33,265 nucleotides of DNA, from assembly GCA_036513695.1 (NCBI GenBank), contig DATBYN010000219.1:1-33265 (forward strand), written 5' to 3'. Under the pieces are notes generated by a model. It did no database searches, was not told the origin of the DNA, and saw nothing but the letters and a program-made list of their open reading frames with translations. This DNA is from Bradyrhizobium sp. (GTDB lineage: Bacteria > Pseudomonadota > Alphaproteobacteria > Rhizobiales > Xanthobacteraceae). Positions 9,935 to 17,899 of the stretch are shown here, one piece after another (the stretch's first letter is position 1; every line of letters starts with the position of its first letter). The translations under genes were made by a program, and so were the position numbers.

Positions 9935-9982
9935 CGAATTTCGTATCGCCCGGCTCGCGCGAGCCGGGGCTTTCGAAATTCG
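9935..9982. other. Long imperfect hairpin immediately 3' of csp
   Basis: CGAATTTCG...CCCGGCTCG-cg-CGAGCCGGG...CGAAATTCG nested inverted repeats. Confidence 0.5.
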
Positions 9983-10013
9983 ATCTGGATCAAGCAAGAT
10001 CCGCATCAAATAA

Positions 10014-10042
10014 AAAAGGCCGCGCTCGCAGCGCGGCCTTTT
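10014..10042. terminator. Bidirectional rho-independent terminator between csp and the convergent tad pseudopilin genes
   Basis: AAAAGGCCGCGCT-cgc-AGCGCGGCCTTTT; A/T tracts on both sides. Confidence 0.85.
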
Positions 10043-10070
10043 CCTTATATCAAGCAGCGGGCAATCCTCT

Positions 10071-10769
10071 TCAGGTTGCCGGACACGGGTTAGCTGGGGA
10101 ACCGGGAGGGCTAGGAAGGGCGACGGGGAGATTGTTGTAAATCACGCAAACGACCTGACGCGGGCGGGTATAGGAGACATCGCTCAAGATCACGTTAGAC
10201 TTCATGACGTAGCCGATCCCCACGGGGGTGTAGTTATAGCTCACCTCGCTGAAAATCAGATAGGTTTGCTTGACCAAAAGCGTTGGCGGAATTGTAATTG
10301 TATCCCCCGCGCTGCGCGTCGAATTCGTCAGCGTTACCTGCGTGGCGTTGCAGGTGGGAACGCTCGCAGCCTTGCTCCATTGAACCTTCGCGACCTGGTT
10401 CGAATCGACGTAGATCTCCGTAAGCTGCAGCGTCGCGGGTACTGCACAATACGGTGTAAGGATAGCTATGCCGGCGGTGAAGACATTTTGTAGATAGGTA
10501 TCGTCCGCGGGCGCGTACGATGATACCGGCGCCGGCGGCGGCGGCGGCCCCGCTTGAGACAACAAATCCGACAGCGTTCGCGCGACCAGCGTTACCTTGC
10601 GGTCGACCGCGACCCCAGATGAAATCTCGACCGTGCCAAAGAACATCACCAGCATAAACGGAACGATGAAGGCAAATTCGGTCGCTGCGAGGCCTCGCGT
10701 ATCCTTGAACAGACGCGTGGGTGCGGACCGCAAGCGACGCCAGACCCCCGACATTGACATCGTTTCCAT
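10071..10769 (-). CDS. TadE/TadF-family pseudopilin (minor pilin)
   Basis: Prepilin motif KDTRG|LAATEFAFIVP plus TM; start re-set to ATG 10769 (or a few codons later) to avoid overlap with the upstream gene. Confidence 0.85.
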   Translation of the reverse strand: METMSMSGVWRRLRSAPTRLFKDTRGLAATEFAFIVPFMLVMFFGTVEISSGVAVDRKVTLVARTLSDLLSQAGPPPPPAPVSSYAPADDTYLQNVFTAGIAILTPYCAVPATLQLTEIYVDSNQVAKVQWSKAASVPTCNATQVTLTNSTRSAGDTITIPPTLLVKQTYLIFSEVSYNYTPVGIGYVMKSNVILSDVSYTRPRQVVCVIYNNLPVALPSPPGSPANPCPAT

Positions 10770-10783
10770 CTTTGGTTCGACCC

Positions 10784-11332
10784 TCAGTAAGGCTCGTTCT
10801 GGAATGCCGCCGTTGCAGCCAGCAACCGCTTGCTGCCGTTCACATTCGAAATGTTGAAGCCAAGCCCGGTAACCAGCAGCGGCCATTGATAGAACAACCT
10901 CACGACAACAATATTGCCCGGCCCGCCGGGGTTGTACTGCAAGTTGTTGCTGACGAAATTGCCGCTGTTGTCGATCTGGCTGTTAATGGAGATGTTCGAG
11001 AATTGCGGGTAGCTCTTCACGTCGACATAGACGTTGGCGCAACTGAACAGCACGGAGATTTGGTTGCAGACATAGTTGGTTTTGAACGCGGTCGCGTCTG
11101 CGCCAGCGGACTGCGGCTGACCGGTCAGGATCACGCGCGCGGATTCCTGCGTTATGGACTCGAGTACTTGTTGCGCGAAAAACACCATCGCCATCTCGAT
11201 GATGGCAAACAGCAGCGCAAAAAATACCGGCGCGACCAGGGCGAATTCGACGACGACCGAACCCCGGCGGTGGCGGCGAAACCGGCGCAATGCGTTTGGC
11301 AACGAGATGCTTGAAGCAGCGGACGCGGACAT
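10784..11332 (-). CDS. tadE: TadE-family pseudopilin
   Basis: RRRG|SVVVEFALVAPVFF, C-terminal AFQNEPY; start re-set to ATG 11332. Confidence 0.88.
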   Translation of the reverse strand: MSASAASSISLPNALRRFRRHRRGSVVVEFALVAPVFFALLFAIIEMAMVFFAQQVLESITQESARVILTGQPQSAGADATAFKTNYVCNQISVLFSCANVYVDVKSYPQFSNISINSQIDNSGNFVSNNLQYNPGGPGNIVVVRLFYQWPLLVTGLGFNISNVNGSKRLLAATAAFQNEPY

Positions 11333-11431
11333 CGAGGAATCCTTGGACGACGGCTTTGCCTTATCCGTAAGCGTTACCCGAAAGTGATTGTTGAAGTGTT
11401 TCGCCACATCGAAGCAGCGTGGCCCGTTCCG

Positions 11432-11447
11432 CTAACCGCGCCTTAAC
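11432..11447. promoter_or_regulatory. CtrA-like box upstream of tadE
   Basis: CTAA-CCGCGCC-TTAAC, one mismatch from TTAA-N7-TTAAC. Confidence 0.6.
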
Positions 11448-11561
11448 CATCCGCCCGCCGCCTGCGCGGAGCGGGTCACCAATGCAACCAGACACCATCG
11501 TGCCGACGCCCGTCGAGCGCTGCCAACGCGTTTCCGCAAGACCAGGTGTTGCCGAGACCGG

Positions 11562-12056
11562 TTAATTCGCCTTGGCTGCGCCGCTGGCCTGGCCAGAGAG
11601 CGAACCGGCCTGATCCATCGTCGATTTGAAGTAGGTCTCGCCGTCTCCAAGCGTAACCCGCCGCTGGCAGATCGGCATGCAGCTATACGACTCGCGTTCG
11701 ACGCCACGGTACACCGTAACCAGCCGGTCGGTCGGTCCTTCGACCTGAATCACGCGGTCGACCAGGATCTCGCCGGCGCGGTCCATGGCGATGAAATTGG
11801 TTGCGCCGTAGCCCTTGCCGGTGACGACGATGAGCCCGCCGGTCTGCAATGTTACGTCGGCAATCAGCGGGTTTCCGACAACGATGGTGGCAACGCGGCC
11901 GGGCAGGCGGACGAGCTTGGCCTGATCGACATTGACGGCGATGGTGTCGCCCGAAGGCTCGGCAAGAGCGGCTAGCGGCCACAGCAGGATTCCGATCGCC
12001 AACGACCGCAATCCGGGCAAAGCGCGCACGCGCATACGCAGGGAACTCAACGACAT
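11562..12056 (-). CDS. Pilus assembly protein with secretin-type N-terminal domain (CpaI-like)
   Basis: Signal peptide, VNVDQAKLVRL, IVVGNPLIADV, GKGYGATN, SYSCMPIC; tad context. Confidence 0.85.
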   Translation of the reverse strand: MSLSSLRMRVRALPGLRSLAIGILLWPLAALAEPSGDTIAVNVDQAKLVRLPGRVATIVVGNPLIADVTLQTGGLIVVTGKGYGATNFIAMDRAGEILVDRVIQVEGPTDRLVTVYRGVERESYSCMPICQRRVTLGDGETYFKSTMDQAGSLSGQASGAAKAN

Positions 12057-12205
12057 ATTCTACCCCGGGGCGTTGACAAGCCGGCAAAAGCGATACGCAG
12101 CGGAACCGGCGCCCGACAGCGCAAATCTGACCTCAATGTGTGAACGAAGTGCAAACGGATCTGCGAAAACCCGACGCGCCGGGCACCCGTGATTTAGCGG
12201 GCTGA

Positions 12206-13654
12206 TCAATGGCCGGTGCGGACATGCAGCACCGCCGTCTCGTCCGAATAGACGCGCTGCCAGCCGTCGAGATGATCAAGCAGACTTGCCGCCGGCGTCG
12301 CGGGCGTCAACAGCACGGCGTCGATGTCATAGTCCTTGAGCATAGCGAGAAGCAGATTGACGTCCTTGAGCTGGAGCGCGCGGTAATACTTCATTACGAA
12401 CTGTTCGCCGTACAACTCCGCCCGCCCGTCGATGAATACGGGGAATCCCCGCGAGATCAGATACCCCGCGAATGGAAGGTCATTGAGAATATGCCTGGGG
12501 TTCTGTTGTTTCAGCACGTCCACGGCAGAGGCCGGTGACTGCGCCACCGTGGGCGAAAACTTGGAGTTGGCCGCATAGGCCCATGTTGAGACGCCAAGCA
12601 CTGCGACCAGCATTGCGGCTGAACCGATCGGAATGCCCGTGTTGGCAAATCGGCCCGCTCGCAGACCGAATTGCGTTGACACCGGCGTAAGCACGACAAG
12701 CGGCATCAGCAAGGCAAAGATCTCGAGATTCCGGACGTGCGAAAACGCCATATGCAACAAGCCCAGCACCAGGATTATGCGGGGCGGCGAAAGCTTGACG
12801 CCGCAATACAGCGCGCCCGCGATCGAGCCGAGCACACACGCCTCGAACGGGCCGAAATGGCTGAAGTCCGCCGGCATCCATTCGTAGATCAGGTGCAGCA
12901 ACTCTCCGAGTTCGAGAATCTTGCGCGACGCAAGGATCGATCCCCATCCGTAAGGCGTTGCGCAACACGCGGCCAAGGCGCAGATGCCGAAGACCATCCA
13001 GCGCAGGACCAACGGCCTTCGTTGCGTTGCCAGCGCATTCCACCAGGCGTCGAACGCGAATGGCGCAACCAATGCGAGCCCGAAGACGAACCCGCCGTGA
13101 AGGTTTGCCCAGAGCACCATGAGCGGCAGCAGCCGGAACGACGGCGCTTCGCGCCTTTCGCTCGCCGACACAAGTCCGCTCACCCACGCAACCATGACCG
13201 GCATCACGAGCACGTGCGGTCGCGCAAACAGGTGATGTATCGACAGCACCAAGGCCGCAAGCGCGATCAGGATGGCGTAGGTCGAGGGGATGCGGCGGCT
13301 GAGGATAAACGCGAGCAATGCAAACGTCGTGGCGACACTGGCGGCGGCGACAACGATCGGGCCGGTCCAGCCAATCAGCTCATAGGCTTCGGCGAAGAGA
13401 ATTTGCGCGAACCATGACGTTGAAATCCACGGCTCGCCGGCTTTCGTAAAGGAATAGATATCGACGCGCGGCATGGCGTGATGATCGAGGATCCATTGCC
13501 CGACGGCGATATGCCAATAAGTGTCGGAATCGTTGAGAAGGCCGCCGCCATTGATCAACAGCAGCACATACACGCCGACGCCGAGCCACAGCCACGCCGG
13601 AACATGGCCAAGACTGAGAGCCCTCTCTTGATTGACGGTTTCGACGCTGCTCAT
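12206..13654 (-). CDS. Polytopic membrane protein, putative GT-C-fold glycosyltransferase
   Basis: About 11-12 hydrophobic segments; acidic first loop (LNDSDTYWHIAVG...DIYSFT...PW), ARPH, LWANLHGGF, C-terminal soluble domain with FIDGRAELYG. GT-C call is inferred from architecture. Confidence 0.65.
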   Translation of the reverse strand: MSSVETVNQERALSLGHVPAWLWLGVGVYVLLLINGGGLLNDSDTYWHIAVGQWILDHHAMPRVDIYSFTKAGEPWISTSWFAQILFAEAYELIGWTGPIVVAAASVATTFALLAFILSRRIPSTYAILIALAALVLSIHHLFARPHVLVMPVMVAWVSGLVSASERREAPSFRLLPLMVLWANLHGGFVFGLALVAPFAFDAWWNALATQRRPLVLRWMVFGICALAACCATPYGWGSILASRKILELGELLHLIYEWMPADFSHFGPFEACVLGSIAGALYCGVKLSPPRIILVLGLLHMAFSHVRNLEIFALLMPLVVLTPVSTQFGLRAGRFANTGIPIGSAAMLVAVLGVSTWAYAANSKFSPTVAQSPASAVDVLKQQNPRHILNDLPFAGYLISRGFPVFIDGRAELYGEQFVMKYYRALQLKDVNLLLAMLKDYDIDAVLLTPATPAASLLDHLDGWQRVYSDETAVLHVRTGH

Positions 13655-13678
13655 GAAGCGAACTTCCAAACCACCGCA

Positions 13679-13857
13679 TTAGTGGCGAAACGGATAGGCC
13701 AATTGTCCGCCAAGCTCGGACGGGATCGTCTGATCGTCCACGCCGTAAGCCCAGAAATGGGTCAGCACCGAGAACACCAGAGCCACGGCAATCGTGCCAG
13801 GCGCCACTTTGGCAAGTGCCTCTCCCAGCATCTAGACGACAAGGGCAAACTGGACAC
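13679..13857 (-). pseudogene. Internally deleted second copy of the sterol desaturase-family gene
   Basis: Aligns to both ends of 16763-17590 with 645 bp (16832-17476) missing in frame; start ATG>GTG, a 4-bp deletion and CAG>TAG at the 5' end. Confidence 0.9.
13680..13747. repeat. 68-bp direct repeat, left copy
   Basis: 67/68 identical to 16764-16831 (single mismatch 13709 G vs 16793 A). Confidence 0.95.
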
Positions 13858-14071
13858 GGCCACCTCATCAGATCGAAGACTTCGAAGGGTACTGCTCCCG
13901 GCTTAAGGAGCCATGAATCCGAAATGCGCGAAGCAAGCGCGCGCTATCCCAACCGCGAGCGACACAACTTCGCATTCTAGCAAAGCTCTTAATTCCAAAT
14001 TTACTCTGCTCAATAACAGCCCGTTCCAGCGCTGTTGCCCCAGCCGAATTAACTGTGCCGCAATCGTCCGA
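13858..14071. promoter_or_regulatory. Diverged duplicate of the desaturase/pilin intergenic region with CtrA-like boxes
   Basis: Collinear with about 17591-17809; shared blocks GCTTAAGGAG.CATGAATCCGA, CAAATTTACTCTGCTCAA.AACAGCC, CGAATTAACTGTGCCG.AATCGTCCGA. Confidence 0.8.
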
Positions 14072-14463
14072 GGCGGTTTTGGCCAAGGTACGTGAGATGG
14101 AGCTGCCGACGATAGAGCGGCAGGACAACTGCCAAGTCGCGGTGTCTCTGTCGCTTGCCAATGATCAAGCGAGTTTGCCGGTTTATGGTTGTCTCTGCCA
14201 CAGGAATGGACGAGCGATGACGAACGTCTGCGCAAGGCGGAGGTTCCTGACGACATCACCTTCAAGATCAAACACGAGATTGCGCTCGATCGGCTACGCT
14301 GGCCTGCGCGACTGGTCTGCCGCGCGGCGTGGTGCTGATGGAGGCCGGCTATGGCAACAACAGCGAGCTGCGCGCCCAAATTACGGCGCTGGATCTGACC
14401 TACGTTGCGGGCATTCTGTCGGATACCACAGTATGGTCTCATAGGACAGGGCCGTTGCCGCCC
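14070..14463 (+). mobile_element. IS701-family transposase remnant (frameshifted, truncated)
   Basis: Across frames: EAVLAKVREMELPTIER|QDNCQVAVSLSLAN, LPQEWTSDDERLRKAEVPDDITFKIKHEIAL, GLPRGVVLMEAGYGNNSELR...YVAGI; NCQV and (D)AGYG are IS701 motifs; no terminal inverted repeats seen. Confidence 0.8.
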
Positions 14464-14542
14464 AACGTTCGATTGTGTTCCGTTCGGGCGGACGGCTACC
14501 TTGTTAAGCCTCCAGAAACGACGAGCAGCTAAACTCTAGCCC

Positions 14543-15853
14543 ATGAGCCCGTTGCAGAAAAAGTTGCTGCTATTGCTAGCGATTTGCCTGGCGACGCAGG
14601 CCAGCGCTAATCTGATTAAGTATTTCCATGAACTGTCGGATGGCTCGCGCTTCGGCGGTGACTTCACTAGTTTTTGGAATGCGGCGCATCGAGTGCGGCA
14701 CGGCGACATCACCGCCATTTATGATCCCGATACATGGCATAGAATCTTGTCGACAAATACGACAGGCATCATCTCGTGGTTCGTGTATCCGCCATTCACT
14801 TTATTTGTATTATGGCCGCTGGGCGATGCGACGTACAACGAGGCGGTCCTGGCTTGGTCGCTCGTTCCGCTGGCTTTCTATTTTGCTTTGATCGTTTTGT
14901 TGGCGAAACGCTCCGGCTTAGGCGCTGGCACCAATCCAGCTTGCGAGAATAGCTGGCCGCGAACGCAGGCTTACGTCGTGCTTATCGCGTTCTCCTTGCC
15001 CTTTCTCAGCGCCAATCTGTTTAGCGGACAAACGGGTGCGCTCATTGCCGTGTTCTTTCTGGGGGCAGCGTATTTCTGGCCAACGCGTCCTATTCTTGCA
15101 GGAATTTGTATCGGTCTCTTGGCAATCAAACCACAAATGGGCCTGTTGATGCCCTTCGCGCTAATAGCGTCCGGTCAGTGGCGCATCGTCGCGGCCGCAG
15201 CGACAACCGTCCTCTCTTTGATTGTCCTCTCGACGATATGGCTTGGAGCCGCGATCTGGAGAGATTACTTACGCATGAGCCAGTTGTTCGCCCATTTTGT
15301 TGGCCGGGGCTATGACCAGATACAGCAACTCGCACTCGGTCCCTATGTGTCGTTGCAAGGAGCTGGAATGCCGGCCGCTCTCGCGGGCTTTTTTCAGGTG
15401 GTCGTAAGTGTTGCGGTTCTGACCGTGATCATCCAAGGTTTTTCGCGGTGGACGTCAAGCAAGCGGGAATTGGGAAAAGAAGATGGGAGGTTTGATCTTC
15501 GATTGGCGCTCCTAGCCGCGGGGACGTTGCTTACAACGCCGTACTCATTGTCTTACGACACACCACTGCTGATGCTGTCCGTTATCCCGCTGCTCGCACG
15601 CAGCTGGCGTGACGGGTGGGACGGGATTGAATTAGCCTCCGTAACGGCGCTGCTGATGTTGCCCTATGCACAGCTTCTCGCAATTGGCAGCCATGTTCCG
15701 TTTGCCTTCTTGGCCCTGTTACAATGGTTTGCCGTGCTATATCGGCGTTTTCAAAAAGAAAGACCAGCCGGCTGGCTTGCAAATCCAGGGTACAAAAAGC
15801 GCCCTGTTTATCCGGAGGACGGACGCAATTTACCGCAGAGCGCGAAATGCTGA
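14543..15853 (+). CDS. Glycosyltransferase family 87 / DUF2029 membrane protein
   Basis: GGDFTSFWNAA, FVYPPF, GQTG, LAIKPQMGLL, TPY..SYD motifs; multi-TM; visibly AT-richer codon usage than core genes; no clear RBS. Confidence 0.82.
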   Translation: MSPLQKKLLLLLAICLATQASANLIKYFHELSDGSRFGGDFTSFWNAAHRVRHGDITAIYDPDTWHRILSTNTTGIISWFVYPPFTLFVLWPLGDATYNEAVLAWSLVPLAFYFALIVLLAKRSGLGAGTNPACENSWPRTQAYVVLIAFSLPFLSANLFSGQTGALIAVFFLGAAYFWPTRPILAGICIGLLAIKPQMGLLMPFALIASGQWRIVAAAATTVLSLIVLSTIWLGAAIWRDYLRMSQLFAHFVGRGYDQIQQLALGPYVSLQGAGMPAALAGFFQVVVSVAVLTVIIQGFSRWTSSKRELGKEDGRFDLRLALLAAGTLLTTPYSLSYDTPLLMLSVIPLLARSWRDGWDGIELASVTALLMLPYAQLLAIGSHVPFAFLALLQWFAVLYRRFQKERPAGWLANPGYKKRPVYPEDGRNLPQSAKC

Positions 15854-15946
15854 CCAAATACCATCGCCACATAATAACGCGAAGATGACGGGCATGCGTG
15901 CGCATTCCGACGAGTTCGGCCGGCCAGCCGTGGCCGCTGCCTGCGG

Positions 15947-16169
15947 CTGACGCGCGAGACCGACGCCAAATTGAATTCCTATTTAGCGCTGGGGCCATCC
16001 TGGCTGATCGAAGACTTCAAGAGGCTTGAAGCCCAGTATCGTCCTTGTCGACAATTTACGCGATGGCCGGGGCGATTGGGCGCGCCGATTCCGAAATGAC
16101 GCAACTGCTCATGCCCTTTTCCCTCGTCCGGATGATCGAAGGCTAGACATCTTGCGGCGGATGGATCGA
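15947..16169 (+). pseudogene. Possible frameshifted 3' fragment of another membrane-protein gene
   Basis: Joining frames gives LTRETDAKLNSYLALGPSWLIEDFKRL/KPSIVLVDNLRDGRGDWAR/DSEMTQLLMPFSLVRMIEG/DILRR, which I recall as resembling C-terminal periplasmic domains of rhizobial membrane proteins; unverified. Confidence 0.3.
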
Positions 16170-16349
16170 TCGACAGGCAATTCCGGCGCGCATTCGCGCC
16201 ATTCATGCGGGCTGCGAAGAGGCCTGCTTTCGCGAAATGCAGATGATGCCCGTGTAGGGCTCCCGCGAATACTCGTCGCGAATCGCCAAACCGTTGCTGG
16301 CTTAATTTTCCCCACTTAAGCGCGTGAAACGCGAAACCGCGATAGCGAC

Positions 16350-16705
16350 AGGGACCAGGCCGAACTCGATCGCTTCGCCGATGAATACCACGACCAGCAC
16401 CGTGAGAACGTGGCTGTGACCGGGGAGCGCCCGGAGTATTTCGCGGAATACAAGATCAGGAAGCTGAGACAGGTCGTCGATCGTAGCGGCATCGGCGTGT
16501 CCCGAATCTGCGGCTCCGGAATCGGCAACCCGATTCCGTTTGCCCGCAATTTGGCGCAACGATTGGCTGAGGCTGGTTGGGCGTGCCCCCGGATTCGATA
16601 CAATCTGTTTTTCCGCGCGGGCTTGCCCTGCTTCGTCCCATCGAGAACAAACCCAGCTGGCTGCCGCTTGGGGCGCAATAGGTTGCGCTCGCGCGCAAAT
16701 TGTAA
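16350..16705 (+). pseudogene. Class I SAM-dependent methyltransferase pseudogene with large internal deletion
   Basis: (AGG for ATG)DQAELDRFADEYHDQHRENVAVTGERPEYFAEYKIRKL...RICGSGIGNPIPF joined to ARNLAQRLAEAGWACPRIRYNLFF/PRGLALLRPIENKPSWLPLGAQ*VALARKL*; motif I lacks the acidic residue, plus a frameshift and internal stop. Confidence 0.72.
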
Positions 16706-16762
16706 CGAAGCTGTTTGGAGCCGACCCGCCATGCATCGGGCGGTTGTCTGATGTTCTACTGG

Positions 16763-17590
16763 CTAGTGGCGAAACGGATAGGCCAATTGTCCACCAAGCT
16801 CGGACGGGATCGTCTGATCGTCCACGCCGTAGTTGTCCGGGAGCTTGTTTTCCGGCATCCGGAAGGTCCCGAACAGGATATCCCAGAGCGGAAAAGTCCC
16901 GGCGAAGTTGGTATTGCCGCCCTCTTCGAGAGACGTGTGATGCCAGCGGTGGAATACCGGGGTCGCCAGCACGTATTTGAACGGCCCAAGCGTCCAGTTC
17001 AGATTGGCGTGAACAAAGGCTGAGTGGAAGGTCGTGAACGGCCCAACCCACAGCATGATGTTGGGCGAGATCCCCGCCATCAGCAAGACGACGTCGACCA
17101 TGATCGTTCCCAGGAACAGGTTCACCGGGTGGAAGCGCGCCGCCGAGATCCAGTCGAGATCTTCCGACGAATGATGAATGGCGTGATATTTCCAGAAGCC
17201 GCCGCCGTGAAACATCCGGTGCGTCCAATACAGCATGAAATCCGATAGAACCAGGAACAGCATCGCCTGCAGCCACAACGGCAGCTCGGACAACGGACCA
17301 TGGCCGTTGTCGTAAAACGCAATCAGTTCGTCGGCGCCGTGAATATTGAAAATAACGCCGGCGCCGCACACCAGCAGCCCGATCCGCACTACGCGCGCAA
17401 ACACGGGAACGAAGAACCAGTAACAGATGTCGGTGACGAGCTCGCGCTTGCGCCACCACGGCGTTCCGGGGTTGCAAGCCCAGAAGTGGGCCAGCACGGA
17501 GAACACCAAAGCCAGCACGATCGTGACCGGCGCCACTTTGGCGATCGTCTCTCCGAGCATCTGGACGACTTCCAGGGGCAGGCTGGACAT
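16763..17590 (-). CDS. Sterol desaturase / fatty acid hydroxylase superfamily protein
   Basis: His boxes HRMFH, HAIHH, HANL, HRWHH plus NFAG...WDILFGT; GAGG RBS before ATG 17590. Confidence 0.92.
   Translation of the reverse strand: MSSLPLEVVQMLGETIAKVAPVTIVLALVFSVLAHFWACNPGTPWWRKRELVTDICYWFFVPVFARVVRIGLLVCGAGVIFNIHGADELIAFYDNGHGPLSELPLWLQAMLFLVLSDFMLYWTHRMFHGGGFWKYHAIHHSSEDLDWISAARFHPVNLFLGTIMVDVVLLMAGISPNIMLWVGPFTTFHSAFVHANLNWTLGPFKYVLATPVFHRWHHTSLEEGGNTNFAGTFPLWDILFGTFRMPENKLPDNYGVDDQTIPSELGGQLAYPFRH
16764..16831. repeat. 68-bp direct repeat, right copy (3' end of the intact desaturase)
   Basis: 67/68 identical to 13680-13747. Confidence 0.95.
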
Positions 17591-17634
17591 GGGCACCTCA
17601 TCCGATCGGGGATCTCAGAGGTACCCCTCCACGC

Positions 17635-17802
17635 TTAAGGAGGCATGAATCCGACGCGCACGATGCTGACGCGCGGTCTCTATAATCAACGCCGGCGAAA
17701 ACTAACCTCGCATTGCAGCTAAGGCCTTAAGAACAAATTTACTCTGCTCAAGAACAGCCAGTTGTCACGGCTTTTGCGCGATCGAATTAACTGTGCCGAA
17801 AT
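17635..17802. promoter_or_regulatory. Cluster of CtrA-like boxes in the divergent desaturase/pilin promoter region
   Basis: TTAA-N7-TGAAT (17635), TTAA-N7-TTTAC (17727), TTAA-N7-GAAAT (17787); CtrA control of flp/pilA is established in Alphaproteobacteria. Confidence 0.65.
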
Positions 17803-17899
17803 CGTCCGATCGTAGGGTAACGCCCATGGTCACGGTGCTGAGAACGCCGGCGAGACCAAACGTTAGTTCGACCAGCCACGTGTACACATGGAGCTTTCA

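Noticed and set aside
10530-10552. Poly-Pro tract as a hydroxylation target of the desaturase-family enzyme
   Set aside because: Known prolyl hydroxylases are 2-oxoglutarate/Fe(II) enzymes; His-box membrane di-iron enzymes act on lipid-like substrates, so there is no support.
13380-14442. ORFs 13380-13868, 13478-13906, 13903-14442 and 14055-14444 as intact genes
   Set aside because: Explained by the desaturase remnant, duplicated promoter and frameshifted IS701 sequence.
16006-16018. 13-bp exact repeat GATCGAAGACTTC shared with 13871-13883
   Set aside because: Flanks do not align; too short to support a recombination site, probably chance.
13680-16831. Unit as a prophage or integrase-driven island
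   Set aside because: No integrase, tRNA target or phage genes; the repeats are coding sequence of the desaturase.
16302-17477. 391-aa minus-strand ORF overlapping the desaturase
   Set aside because: Alternative frame of the desaturase plus antisense of the methyltransferase pseudogene; Arg-rich, non-protein-like.
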